NCBI RefSeq assembly: GCF_006345805.1
Contig: NC_043000.1
Location: 54,002,001 to 54,066,000 of the forward strand
Length of the DNA: 64,000 nucleotides
Reading direction: 5' to 3'
Source of the DNA: Octopus sinensis
Taxonomy: Eukaryota
In this document: in pieces, positions 12,701 through 26,314 of the stretch
Layout: each line of letters starts with the position of its first letter
Position numbering within the stretch: the stretch's first letter is position 1
The notes under the pieces: model-generated
Told to the model about the DNA's origin: nothing
What the model saw: the letters and a program-made list of their open reading frames with translations, nothing else
Database searches by the model: none
Position numbers and translations under genes: made by a program

Positions 12701-14317
12701 CTCCAGTTTCGAGACATATTTAATCTGTCATATTCTCCAGTATGTCATTAGAGACATATTGAGATAAGCATAGAGATAAAGAGAAAGAAAGAAACATGGA
12801 AGTCGTATTGCTGTACGAATGGACAGGTGAGAGAAGTGCAAATGGAACGGGGAAGAACTATCTATATATGTCTTTGACTATATGTATATATATATGTATA
12901 TATATATATAATCTTTCCATAAATATATCCTCATGTACACACATGTACAACATACAGATAGATATACAGTGAGAAAGAGAGAGAGTGTGTGTGTGCGTGT
13001 GTGTGTACGTGCTCGAGTGAGAAATAGCGATAGTGAGTGTAGGTGTGTTGTGTGCGTGCTCGAGAGAGAGAGAGAGAGACGGAGAGGAGAGAACTCGAAA
13101 TAATTTACCAATATCATTTATATATTTCTTTCAGTCATTACACTGTGACAAAGTAATAACAACAAATTCTTCACAGGTCCAGTTTAGAATAAGTTGCAAA
13201 TTATTTTCGAATTATATGGCATTAATATTTGTACACTTGTTGAGAAGAGGGAATTATTATCTTAGCCATCAGTTATTTTAAGAATGACGGCAATATCTTA
13301 ATCAAATCTTAATGAAATAAAATTAATTAAAATTAAAATCTGTATTGTTCACTGGAATGTGGTTATGATTAATACTAAATTGTCGGTTTGATTGAACACT
13401 TGCTCCTATTGTCATATAACCTATGGGCAGTCTTAATCAAAGATATTGATGGCTGAATATTTTGCCTAGTTCTCTGCATCTTGAGTCCGTTCAACTGGTT
13501 TGGGCAGACGTTACGGTTGTATACCTGTAGCAGCTATAATATAAATACATGTATCGCCACAATCTCCTAGTTCTTCTCTTTAGCAAAATCATTTTCTATT
13601 TCATTAATTTTTATAATCTGTAGAAGTTATAAAGTTTTATAATACATCATTTGAAAATATAATGAAGAGTCATGTAAGTAGTAGCAAGTTATTGATGATA
13701 TTTCCCCTATTTCTCTAAGTATTTACATTGGATATCATATATAGCTTGTATAATTCGTGCGTAGGTCCTTCTGCAATTAAAACCAGGTATGTTCAGGGTA
13801 TCTATTTTAATGTCATTAGATTTATGCATTTATGGCAAAAAAGTAACTTAAAAACACTTAAATGTAAAATACTAAAAGATGATTTCCTGATAGTGTTTCA
13901 TACTAGGGAAGGCATGTGGAATATGTTAAAGAACTGTACGTATATGCGTATGTTTCACACTAATAGTACGCGAGAAATTGTATGATGAGCAGTGATTAAA
14001 TTTTGTAGATTATTATAAATACAATATCAATCTCATAATAACTAATTTTAATTTAGCAGAAGATGGAGAGAAATTGGAAGCCGATGACAACGACGGCGAT
14101 AGTAATGATCAGGATGCTTGAGTGTAAGTCATTCTATTCCAAAGATCTGGTGTTCAACAGTAGATTACGATTACAACGAGCCTCACGTTTAATATGCATA
14201 TTTTGAAAAAGTTTTGGAGTAAGAATATAGGGTCATATACATTGTATTATAACTTCATTCATGATGAGCATACACGTTCTAATTATCAACAATCCTATTT
14301 TTTCGGAATGAAATATT

Positions 14318-14525
14318 GATTTCAAATTTTGGCAGAAGGCCAGCGATTGCAGGGGAGGGATAATTCGTTTACATCGACCACACTACGCAACTGGTACTAA
14401 TTTTATTGAACTCGAAAGGATGAAGGGTAAAGTCGACTTCGGCAACATTTGAACTCAGAAGAAATGGCGAAAAGGCGACAAGCATTTTGCTTTGGGTTCT
14501 AACGATTCTGCCATCCCCACGCCTT
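14318..14525 (-). mobile_element. SINE family A
   Basis: Reverse complement of family A motifs (ctggtact, gaaaggatgaagggtaaagtcgac, tttgaactcagaa, ctaacgattctgcca, cgcctt). Confidence 0.85.
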
Positions 14526-15599
14526 ACTTTCGTTCGGAAATACTGTATATGTAATTCCACTATCCAATATATCCTATGTACTATTTTTTACACCCGAATA
14601 TTATTTCGAGAAACATCTCTCTCCATGCAACATATGGGATAATTTGTTTTGAATGTATATCGGGGATTTTCCAGTTCTCCAACCAACGATCAATACAATT
14701 TACTTTTAAATAAGACAATATAAAAGATGAGAAATATAAAATTAACAAACCTGGCTGCAAACTATTTGCAAATTAATAATTTAGTTCTATACATGAATCA
14801 AATTACTATATACTTTCATGATTCTAATGATATTTCCAACTAATTAATCATAATTATTTCCTGTAAGTTTGTGTCATCCCTAATAGGTAATTATTTCGTT
14901 TTCTTCGTATATTCTACAAATCTTTAGATTCACGAAACTTTCAACAGATGTTAAATGTCCCTACAGCAGTTTTTTTCATCTTTAAATTCCTAACAGTGAA
15001 ATAAATTCATTACTAAGTACAAGCTTTAATGAGCATATAGCTATTAAGAATACCAAGAAAATATTATAGATAAGAAGGCAATTAAAATATGAGGATCAAA
15101 GAATATTGCAACTGAAAATTTCTGTTAACAATTCTGATCTCAAAAACCCTAATGATACACGTGCACACACTAACACGCACACACGTACAGGTGCCGAATG
15201 GAGGAGTGATAAATAAATAGACAAATAAAGAGAGATGAAAATTCCAGGTAAGGGCTTCCAAAAGGAACTGTTGGAATTGACTAAGAATTTGGTTTATACG
15301 AAATGTGGGATGAGAGTTCAAACTTTAAAAAATCGGGGGGTAAATAGAGAGATAAATAGGTAGATACAATAAATATATACAGATTCGGGTGAATTCGAGT
15401 AAAGGATATCATCTAGGGCCGTTTCAGAAGTACAATAAATGGCGTTTTAACGATTCCAAATACAGAAACATAATGCCCCCACCACCCTGCCTCATCAGGA
15501 TGGTTTCCATTGTGATGAAATCCTACGAGGTAATAATTTGATCGATTATACATTTATTGTACCCCTGATACGGCCCTAGATGATATACGCATATATATA

Positions 15600-15800
15600 T
15601 AGACTAGTTACTGCAATATTTGCGGGTATCTTCAACGTTCTGCCAAGAGAATTAAAAACCCTACGCAGTGCTGTTGTGGATGTCTTCAAAAAGGAATTGG
15701 GCAATCTCCTATCCATGATATCAGATGGACTAACCTCAGGCATGACATATAGACGAGGTTGGCAATGCCAAGCTGCCTCATGCACCAAATGAAAGAACAA
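15600..15800 (+). mobile_element. CR1-group LINE ORF2 C-terminal fragment
   Basis: IFNVLPRELKTL..VDVFKKELGNLLSMISD resembles the C-terminus encoded at 9853-10137. Confidence 0.6.
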
Positions 15801-16292
15801 AGGCAAAGGCACCTGACAGACTTTAATATCCCACCACGCAGTTGACATCAACCACAGATGATGTCTCTAGGAAGTTCCAAAGTTACGATTGCGCTCCAGT
15901 ATAAACGCAACCGCATTGGTTAAAATAAAGAACAGAAAAAATATATTTTGTATATACGTATTTGTATGTATGTGTGAGCGCTTGTGTATGTGTGTGTGTG
16001 TGTATAGTTACCTACACATAAGGATGCATATTCACACATGTAAACATAATACAATTTCCATATGTCAATTGAATTTTCTTTCGCAACAGTACACATTGCA
16101 TGTATAAATGTGATTTCACTTCTATAAATTTGATCTATTCGGCATAAAATCACTCTATTACTCACAGTCTCATCTTCATAATCTTCTGGCTCTCTCTTTC
16201 TTTTCCCTCTATCTATATGCAATAAATACATACATAAACACACAACACGCACAGACACACACACACAAACACATACATAAACACACGTATAA

Positions 16293-16348
<56 letters not shown>

Positions 16349-16625
16349 TATATATATATAAGGATCATAAGGTTTTTTTCTTATGACATGAAAGTTCAAA
16401 ATTTTGCTTTAGGAAAGAACACGGTGTGATTTTTAGAGTATAATCTCCGATTCGACTGAAACATTTTACTGATTCATGATTTTGCCTCGCAGCTTATTGA
16501 AAATGCGTTTCAAAATTATTATACGTACATACGTACATATATATATATGTATATATATATGTGTGTGTATATATACATATATACATATATATATAATATA
16601 TATATATAGATATATATATATATAC

Positions 16626-16693
<68 letters not shown>

Positions 16694-16694
<1 letters not shown>

Positions 16695-16841
16695 TAATTT
16701 ATTATATAGAAGGAGCTTCTACAGGACTAGAACTGTTTCATTCAAGAGAAATCTTCAGGAAGGTCTTCAGTGCTTCCTGAAGATTTCTCTTGAATGAAAC
16801 AGTTCTAGTCCTGTAGAAGCTCCTTCTATATAATAAATTAA
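16694..16841. repeat. Perfect ~69-bp inverted repeat with 10-nt spacer
   Basis: 16694-16762 is the reverse complement of 16773-16841. It lies between two (TA)n tracts. Confidence 0.95.
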
Positions 16842-16904
16842 TTTTACTCTGCTATGTATTGAGTACCTTATTTACTGTGGTTAACCCCGAATCAACCCGG
16901 GACC

Positions 16905-16967
<63 letters not shown>

Positions 16968-17028
16968 ATATACATATATGCATATATATATTTATGTATG
17001 CATATCTATATATATATATATATGTATG

Positions 17029-17073
<45 letters not shown>

Positions 17074-17146
17074 ATGTATGTATGTATATATGCATATAAT
17101 TACATTTAACTATCAAACTCTCTCTTTCTCTCTCCTTGTATGTATG

Positions 17147-17178
<32 letters not shown>

Positions 17179-18059
17179 TATAAATACATATACATATACG
17201 CATGATTATATGTGCGTATGTGTACTTGAGCAACAATTCTTAGAGAGGGCTAAAGTGGATTGAGCATTTGGAATGATTTTTGTTTCACAAAATAAACGAC
17301 GAAAGGAAAAGAGCAATTTTAGATGTAGCGAAAGAATAGGGAATTGTGGTGAGAAGTCTTTGCCTAAGGTAGATTGAAGTGGGATGCTAGCGGGAGGTCT
17401 TAAGAAAAATAATGGTTTAAAAATCACTTATAATTTTGGAATTTCAGATAACGGAAAAATCACTATTTATGGACTTGCATATGTATATAAATAATATGTG
17501 GATATAAATAATATTTAAACGCAAAATGTAAACTTCATAAGCTGCTGTCACCTGAAGCAATTTTCAGAATTTATTTCATTGAAACCAAATTATATTCTAC
17601 GCTCGTTTCACGAGCATCAAAATCAACTTTAAGTATCAGCAATCACATTATTACGACTTATTGAACATCAAGATAATAAACTTACCTGTATTATGATTTT
17701 AATTATTGAAATGAGATGCTAGTTTAAGTAGTTAACCAAATAATTTACACCTCATTGAAAATTATAACAGGTGTATTTGCATGAATAAACTACTGTAGGG
17801 TTTGTATGATTCATATTATAATGATCAGTGGCATTAACACTGCTTCTGCAATACAAGCAGTTTTCATTAGACACAAGTACCAGAACCTCTTCAACGAGAA
17901 ACTACCTTAAATCTTAAGGTCTTATTACAAAACCTGTTTTCATAACCCAAAGTCACCATTTTAACTTGGTAGTCTCTTTTGTGCTTCCCATGCACTCACG
18001 GAAACACACACATATTTATACATACATACACATGCACACTCACACACACACACACACAC

Positions 18060-18122
<63 letters not shown>

Positions 18123-18694
18123 GATTTAATGCGGTTACTCGAAGTCGATGAAACTATCGATTATAGCAAGTGGGATTTTGAGTTAAAGACACTCCGCCTA
18201 GGATGAAGATATGTCAAAACCTACCCGAGTAACTCGAGCCCTTATTTTGTGTAAACTTGGAACCGTGGTAAACATTGTTCTAAAAGAAGCCTTCGAATTG
18301 TTCCCATCCGTTTTAGAAGTTTTGCTCTAACTTGCTATAATTGTATAATAAGAATTTATAAACATTTAGAAATATGAACTAAATTATTTTGAATGGAATC
18401 GGAATTGAAAGTAGATAAAGTTATTAATTTTGACATGTAGAAATTTCTACACACTGTCAGTTATAGTGAGTGTTAAAACTAATTTACATCAAGGTTAATC
18501 GAAAGCTCCCACGCACTAGGAAAAATACGTCTTCCCCCCAAAAAGTTAATAACATCCTGAAAATATATATTTTACCAATTTTAAACAGATAATTTCATGA
18601 GAAAAATCATTTTACACATCAAAAATTGTATTTAAGTAAATGTCATAGACTTTCGTATATATATATATACAGAGAGAGAGAGAGAGGTGGGGAG

Positions 18695-18814
<120 letters not shown>

Positions 18815-19461
18815 TGTTCGAAAGCGCTTAAACACTAGGAAAAATATTCTTCCAAAAATGATTAGTAAAATCCTGATAAAAGACTTTACAACATTTTGAA
18901 AAAATAATTCTAAATATTAAATGCCCTTTTCACTTAAAAACTGTACCAAGTAATTTTCACAAAGACATTCAAATATCTATCTATTTATCGAAATTCTGCT
19001 AGTATTGTCAAAGTTAACATTTCCTCACTTAGATACCTCGTTTTTTCATAGAACATTTTTCAAACCATTCCCGTTTCATATTTCATTATAGCTTCTGTAT
19101 ATACAAATTAGTTTTATCAAATGTCAGGTTTAATCGAGTTCTCGCAGTTTTATCGTCACTGATATTGAGAGGAATTATATTATATTTAATCTCACCTGCT
19201 TATTCATAATAATCAGTTCAGTTATTTGAAATTATTAATGATTGATTATAGCATATTTATATATATGCTGCACTAATTCCACCTTTTATCAAGCTATAAG
19301 TATTTTTCTGACTTTATTATCGTATTTCACTTATCGATATGAGATACGTTTCAGAAACTTCCATTTTTATCATCTCTGCAACACTTTCATACAAAACATA
19401 TAGGCAAGGTTTATTAATTAATAACTTTTCCACTTTGGATTAGTCGTAAATCGAATATATA

Positions 19462-19518
19462 TATATATACGGGGGGAAGTTTATGCGTGTATATATATAT
19501 ATGTACATATGGGGGTAG

Positions 19519-19577
<59 letters not shown>

Positions 19578-19632
19578 GGGGGGAAGTTTATGCGTGTGTA
19601 TATATATATATGTACGTGTGGGGATAGGTTAC
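19462..19632. repeat. Two-copy minisatellite unit separated by (TA)n
   Basis: tatacggggg(g)aagtttatgcgtgt...gtac.t.tggg..taggtt occurs twice. Confidence 0.8.
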
Positions 19633-19959
19633 ATGTATATATTCAAATTTAGAGATATATACATACGTATTTATGCAAATATTATGTATATATGTGCGTT
19701 TGTAAGCGTCTATCTATCTAGCTAACTATCTGAATACATGTATATGTATATATGCCTATATATATGTGTGTATGCGTACCTATATATCATTTTTTATTAT
19801 TTTACCTCTTATACTGCAACAGCACCTTTCAGTATAAGTGAGACTTTTCTTTCTATAGTTTCTGGTGAAGTACAAACTCGGCCGAGCTACTCTATTTGTG
19901 CCTCCTGTTGTGATGTGGGTTCATATGTTACCTCAGATAAAAATTTGTCCTCACGCATT

Positions 19960-20087
19960 TTGAAGACGCAATGTGAAATGAAGAGTTTTGCTCAAGAACG
20001 CAACACGTCTCCCACTCCAGGTTTCGAAACGACAATCTTACGATCATGAGTCCAGCACCCTAACCACTAAGTCATGTTCCTCCACGC
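19960..20087 (-). mobile_element. SINE family B head
   Basis: Reverse complement of the 24354 element (ttagtggttagggtg, catgatcgtaaga, ttcga/cctgg, cgttg.gttcttgagcaaaac). Confidence 0.8.
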
Positions 20088-20429
20088 AAGGGAGTAGTGT
20101 TTATGCTCCTCTCTCCTCTCCCAGTAGCACATATGTTGCATCAGCTCAATCGCCTCAGCGTAGTGACGCTGGATTGCCTAGAACTCCACTACCAGTTTAA
20201 CGCTCTGCAGTAAGCAAAATTGGGAGCAGTAACAAAGAAGATGGAAAACGAAAAAAATCTCCATAGGAGTAGCACGATATCTTTTTTCCGGATTCTCTCT
20301 GGTCTCAGAATCCATCCAGGTGCCCACCTGCAGAGTTGCCATCTTAAAAATATGCGCATGGAATGTTACATCATTACTTCTCCCGTCACGCACCTACTCT
20401 GACTCTTGGATTGCACTATACCATGATCC

Positions 20430-20760
20430 TGTGTATTCTAACTCTATTGTATTTGTGGGCCGATATTTGAGTGTTTGTAACCACTCATTATTGAAATAAA
20501 TATTTTCATCAGCTCACCTGTATATTGCGTTCAGATCCTTCTGCAGGTTTAGGCTATCATCAGGGTTTGTAATCGCGTAGGATACTTTTGTATCATGAGC
20601 ATAGCTGATGAGAAAGGCTGATCACGTGTTTGGGGGCATGTCTGAGAGATCCATCACAAACAGTAGTGGTTCCAGTACACTTCGCTGAGGGATTCCACTA
20701 ATTCATGTCACCCCGAAGAGAGCACCATTGGCCGCAATTGTGTAACCCATTTGTTCCCAA
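20430..20760 (-). mobile_element. CR1-group LINE reverse transcriptase fragment
   Basis: SGIPQRSVLEPLLFVMDLSDMP and SYAHDTK are degenerate GVPQGSVLGPLLF and YADDTK. Confidence 0.8.
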
Positions 20761-20979
20761 ACTTGTCCAAACTATCGCTCCTTTTTCAACACTTTCGCCC
20801 ATCCATCCCCCTACTATAAAAGATGATGTTCGACACCATGTTTGTTTGTGTTAAGAAGTTACTTGAAGTAAAATAACGTTTTTCGTCATCTACTCGTAGT
20901 GAAGTTGATAGAAACGTAGTTCTGAATAACATTCTTTCAATAAGCGTGGACATACACGCAGTTAATGTGAAGGATGGGT

Positions 20980-21320
20980 TTGGTACTCGGTCAAGTGTTC
21001 TTTAATATCGGGCATCATGACAGTAAGGTGAAGCCGCACGTCTCCTCTCTGCACAATATTCAGGCGACCCCTCCACTTTTGAGGATCTGGGCCATTACAC
21101 TAAAACCTCTTTCAACTAAATACGAGGTTGAGAAAGCAATAAAAAAACAACTTTTTTTCTTTTCCCACAATGCAGGAAATTTTTCTGGAAGAGTGGACTG
21201 CAGCCAAAATTCTTTGTAAGAGTGCCGTTTATAAAAAGGTTTCAATTCAAAATCATTTCGCAAGTCAATAAGTTCTCTTACAATGGACCCGTCTATGTCG
21301 GTAACTTTATTCAACATATA
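20980..21320 (-). mobile_element. hAT (Buster/Charlie-like) transposase C-terminal fragment
   Basis: EFWLQ..PEKFPALWEK..FIAFSTSYLVERGFS..RGDVRL matches the hAT dimerisation region motif (F.S.YL.E.GFS). Confidence 0.8.
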
Positions 21321-21544
21321 TATTATTCTATAAATATATACACAAATTCGGAAAAAAATTATATTGTGTGTCAGTCATCATGCCTGGTAAAACAACGAAC
21401 GGAACCCACAGAATCGGACACGATCTTAAAAGATATATCATGTAAATTATCAACACTTATCACAATAATGGAAACACAAACAACTATCCTACAGGAACTG
21501 GAAAGACAATCTACAGATAAGAAAGATATATGTATCATGCTTTA

Positions 21545-21900
21545 ATGGAAATTCTGTATCTTTCTTTCTCTGGCAAATTGAAAATAACTGGTTCAGGGGA
21601 AGCTATTATACTATTGCCTAATTTGGCTTTCCAGAAATTATACAATGGTAGAACACTAATTGTGCACACACTTATGACGAAATGTACAGAGGCAAATACT
21701 CTCAATGTTCGTAGTAAATGTGACACCGTCTGCATTCCGAGCATACAAATTTAAGCCTTTACAGTTTCGTATCCCACTTCCTGTTGCCATGAGCATTACT
21801 AAAACTCAGGGCCAAACACTAAACGTTGCTTGATTACAAATTGAAGCACCATGCTTTTCACATGACCAACTTTATGTATGAGTATCCCGTGTGGGAGCTG
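21545..21900 (+). mobile_element. Helitron PIF1-like helicase fragment
   Basis: IILLPNL...LYNG, LQFRIPLPVAMSITKTQGQTL and CFSHDQLYV are degenerate PIF1 motifs (LRNL..LCNG, AMTINKSQGQTL, FSHGQLYV). Confidence 0.85.
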
Positions 21901-22859
21901 CAACAAAAATTATTCAGATTGGAAACTTTTTCTACAGCAATCATTACATGTTTCTTTTATAAAACTCATACATACAGGAGGAGTAAAACTAACTATGTAG
22001 GGATAGTCTCGCTCTGGTTCAGATTCGAAACTGAATATTTTAATTCTCCTTGGCCATACAGCCTATTCAAATGTCAAAAGTTACCGTAACAAATGGGTGT
22101 TCTATTTGACCTGTGGCCTGTGATATCACACAGTCTCCCGCATTCTGTAAAGCTATTTTCTAAAGGATATATAACTATTTTTATACCTTCACGTTGAAAC
22201 TGAATCTTTCAATTCTCTTTCTTCAGTTATTACGTTTTTAAGAACCATGATTTTCCATGGCCAACTTTATGAAGGAGCATCACGTGTGGGATCAAAAGGA
22301 AATCTTTTTGCTTATACAAACCGAAGTAAAACAAAAAATAATGTTTATTAAGAAATGTTCACTCTTAATGCAACATGAATACTTCAATGACTTAATCTGT
22401 CATTATTATCATTACATCCAAATAATTACTAAATTACCTATTTAAATGAACTGTATTATATATTTGCCATTACTGTATTGATAAATAAAATAACACTTAC
22501 AATTCGTTTATTATTGTCACATAATAAGGTAACAGACGTTCGTGTATGAAATCCATCTTTTTCTACTTCAATTATTCCTTGTTGTTCTCTTATAAAATAC
22601 GCATCCAGGGGAAGTAAATCTAAATCTGCAGCGTTAGACTCGTTTCGGTTAAGATTCGAAATTTTATGTAAGAGCACCACGTGTGGGAGCAAAAGCATAT
22701 CGTTTTGCTTATTTACCATGAAAGAAAACAAAAAAGCGTAGTTTTAAAAGAAATGTTCACTGTTAATGGAACATGAATACTGCAGTAACTTAATTTGCAT
22801 TTACTATCATTACATTCAAATATGAATTCGATCTTTCATACCACCCAACCCACACAAAA

Positions 22860-24130
22860 GGTAACATCCTGTTCTGCCTAGCCAGGAAAATTTGAATTAT
22901 AGCAGATGATCAAAATACCAGGAACATACAACAAGGAATTCAAAATACCAGGAACATAAAACAAGGAATACAAAATAGCATACAACGAGCAAAAAATACC
23001 TATAGAATGCCTTTGGACAACAGGAGAAAGACGAACCCATCCAAGGAACACAAGACCATTTCTAGTATCACACAATCCGCATAACCAAAACATTTTCAAC
23101 ACCATCAAAACAAAGTTAAAACCTAATAACTAATCAAACACATATCTTAAGCAAAAGGCAACCACATAACCTAGAGAAACTATTGACAAAGGCGAAATTT
23201 AACATGAACAAACTGAATAAATCATTCACGGTATCCAAGTGTAACGATAACAGATGTGGAGCGTGCCAATTCAGGCATACTAGTATATCCATTAGAACGA
23301 AAAAGGGACAGATTTTCGCAAATGTAGATATGAACTGCAAAAACAGAAATTTGACCTACTGCATTAAATGTCCGAATTGCGAGAAACTATATATTGGTGA
23401 GACAGTAAATGCATTATCGGAACGCTCACGGGTCCAGAGACAACAGATCTGAAACACCAATGTTCGTCAAATTCCATTGAGCGAACATACAGAAACGTGG
23501 TCAGAAAATGTTTCTAATTTTTCCTTCCCACAAACTACATGACACAAGTAAGGTTGGAAGAAAGATAAAACAAAAATGGTTTATTAAAACGTTAAAACCT
23601 GCTCTGAACGGAAATAACAACAATAATATAGCAACCAGTTAATGATATGGATTGAAAAATATCTTTAACATATGAATATAAACAAATTGCAGAAGGCTAC
23701 CACCAATTGAAATAAAAATCGAAACCAACTAAATTTGCTCACTAATAAAACCATTACATGTAAATCGCAAGCTAATTGGTTAAAATATAGGCGGGAACTG
23801 TGCTAGTAATGTCGGTACGACCGTGACGTTTAAGACGCATGTAGATTAGTCAATACACAATTCGTAAAATTCAGCTTGTTGGAAGCTTCTAAGAGGTGTA
23901 AAAAGAAAGTAGTCAGTCGTTTTACTACAGTTGTCAAGAACTTAAATGTCAGTTAAAAACATTTTGAAATGAGATGATTACTACGGACGAATGAAAGCGC
24001 TAATTGAACTTTATGAACAGTACTAAATATTCTTTTAATGCTTAACACACTTTAATATTATAAAAAACTACTTTTTTAAAATACCATAATAAAAAACGTG
24101 AAAACCAGACCATGCTTTACCTTTATTCAA
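22860..24130 (+). mobile_element. Penelope-like element remnant with GIY-YIG endonuclease
   Basis: ORF 23183-23452 has KCNDNRCGAC...NCKNRNLTYCIKCPNCEKLYIGET..LSER, continuing past a stop to IPLSEH. This is the PLE GIY-YIG layout with CxxC. The 3' boundary is approximate. Confidence 0.85.
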
Positions 24131-24298
24131 ATAATATATTTTCTATACATGTTTATACACATTCGGAAAAGCAGACAGACGATACAAAAAAACAAGGACA
24201 GGTCATTCGAAGCTTTTTAGCCTCATTCAAGCACCGGATCATCCTCGCAATTTCGGCGGGTATACACACACACACATACACTCTCACACACACACTCT

Positions 24299-24334
<36 letters not shown>

Positions 24335-24353
24335 CATGTGTGTGTGTGTGTGT

Positions 24354-24680
24354 GGAGGCGCGGAGCTTAGTGTTTAGGGTGACAGCATCATGATCGTAAG
24401 TTCGTGGTTTCGATTCCTGGACCGGGTGACGCGTTGTGTTCTTCAGCAAAACAATTCATTTTACGTTGCTCCAGTTCACTCAGTTGGCAAAAAAGAGTAA
24501 TGCAGCGATGGACTGGCGTCCTGTTCAGCTGGGGATCACATACGCCATTGAAACCGGGAAACCGGGCCTATGAGCCCGGCTAGTCTTTAAAAGGGCGCAT
24601 TTATATATATATGTATGCCTCAGCAGATGGCGGTGCCCCAGCATGGCCACAACTCGTGAGCTGAAACTAGATAAAATAAT
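24354..24680 (+). mobile_element. SINE family B (tRNA-derived) plus a family-C-type tail
   Basis: A-box-like gagcttagtg, B box gtttcgattcc, CORE-like tgtgttcttcagcaaaaca, ttgctccagttcactcagttgg; ggcggtgccccagcatggcc tail at ~24629. Confidence 0.85.
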
Positions 24681-25353
24681 ATATATATATATATATGAGG
24701 AGGGGCTAAATCTATATGTACCTATATAGCTATCTACCTTTTTCTCACTCTCTTTCTCACTGTGTATATATATATATCGGATTTTCAGGTTTTATTAATT
24801 AGAATTTTTGCAGTTTTAAAATATTATAGTAATAGACTATTATATATTTATCATTGTAAAATTAGTACTTTCATGTGTTACGCAATCAACAGGTTTATGT
24901 AGTAGTAGTAGTAGTCATGTTCCACTATTGACAACTGTATTGAAATGATTAGATTTGTTCTTTTAATACCGTCCTATAGCAACACATTGGTTGGTCTAAA
25001 TTCAGTTATAACGTAATTAGTGTTTTCACCCAGCCTTCATAGCAAAAGCACGTACCGATATGTCAACATTCAATCCGTAAGGTTCAGCCTGCTGAAGTCT
25101 ATCGGTAGGTATTCAAAGGGCAATTTTAATTATTTCACTATAGTTGTCACTTGTGGAACACGACTTTCATTACTGACGATTGTGTAAGGCATGAAAATAC
25201 TAGTTTTATCACAATAAATAAAAAATATTCTATCATCATAATATTCTAAAATTGTAAAGATTGTAAATATTTAAATGTGAAAATCAGACTAGGTTAGAAC
25301 TTCATTGATTGATATATTAATTTATACACAATCGCACTCTACAGGGATATATA

Positions 25354-25405
<52 letters not shown>

Positions 25406-25451
25406 GTGTGAGTGTATATATATATATGCATATATATATATATATATATAT

Positions 25452-25542
<91 letters not shown>

Positions 25543-25804
25543 AAACATACGTACATACATACATATGTGTGGGTGTGCTAAATATAATAAGATAACAAAG
25601 CCAAGGCTGACTGGAATTTTCAGGACATTTATAAAGAGTTATTTTTACAGCAGTTTGGGGGATATTAGGGATTTCCGTTCATCAGAGTCGATGCGTGATG
25701 GTTAAATATATATATACAGTTCTATATTTGAGAGATGAGGAATTTTGTACTTTATTTACATTATTTACAATTGACAGATATTTGTCGTCATCTTGTTTGT
25801 CTTT

Positions 25805-25850
25805 AACGCAACTTTTCGGCTGATATACACTCCAGCCTTCATCAGGTGTC
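25805..25850 (-). ncRNA. Minimal type I hammerhead ribozyme-like motif
   Basis: gacac-CTGATGA-a-ggctg(gagtgtatat)cagcc-GAAA-ag-tt-gcgtt. Confidence 0.65.
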
Positions 25851-25904
25851 TTGGGAGAAAATTTCGAACATGCGTTCTCATTCCTAAGGTATTTTTCGAT
25901 GATG

Positions 25905-25946
25905 TTGTTATTATTATTATTATCGTTATTATTATTATTATCATTA

Positions 25947-26011
<65 letters not shown>

Positions 26012-26019
26012 TATTATTA

Positions 26020-26100
<81 letters not shown>

Positions 26101-26105
26101 CATCA

Positions 26106-26140
<35 letters not shown>

Positions 26141-26245
26141 AATAATAATATTATTATTATTAGTAGTAGTAGTAATAGTAGTAGTAGTCATAGTTGTAGT
26201 AGTAGTAGTAGTAGTATCATCCTCATCATCATTATTATTATTATT
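25905..26245. repeat. (ATT)n/(AGT)n/(ATC)n compound trinucleotide microsatellite
   Basis: Directly visible; it generates the poly-I/L/Y/N ORFs. Confidence 0.97.
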
Positions 26246-26314
26246 CAGGTGACTGTCTGGTGTCGAACTCGGAATATTGGGGATAGTAGCCCGCGCACTT
26301 AACCAAAACGCCAC

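Larger units (their letters stand above)
25717..26314 (-). mobile_element. tRNA-headed SINE-like element with an expanded internal (AAT)n tract and a 3' hammerhead motif
   Basis: Head 26314-26246 (tggcgttttgg A box, gagttcgacacc B box), microsatellite 25905-26245, HHR motif 25850-25805, end at (TA)n. Confidence 0.7.

Noticed and set aside
15920-17263. YIYI/HTHT/CVCV ORFs, here and throughout the window
   Set aside because: Dinucleotide and tetranucleotide repeats lack stop codons; these are not genes.
22911-22977. CRISPR-like 30-bp repeats
   Set aside because: Contiguous tandem copies without spacers, inside a Penelope remnant in eukaryotic DNA.
25793-26302. Long ORFs with poly-I/L/Y/N runs
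   Set aside because: They are translations of the (ATT)n/(AGT)n microsatellite.
26246-26314. tRNA gene
   Set aside because: A/B boxes are present but there is no clean cloverleaf or acceptor stem; a SINE head is the better explanation. The same applies to the other SINE heads.
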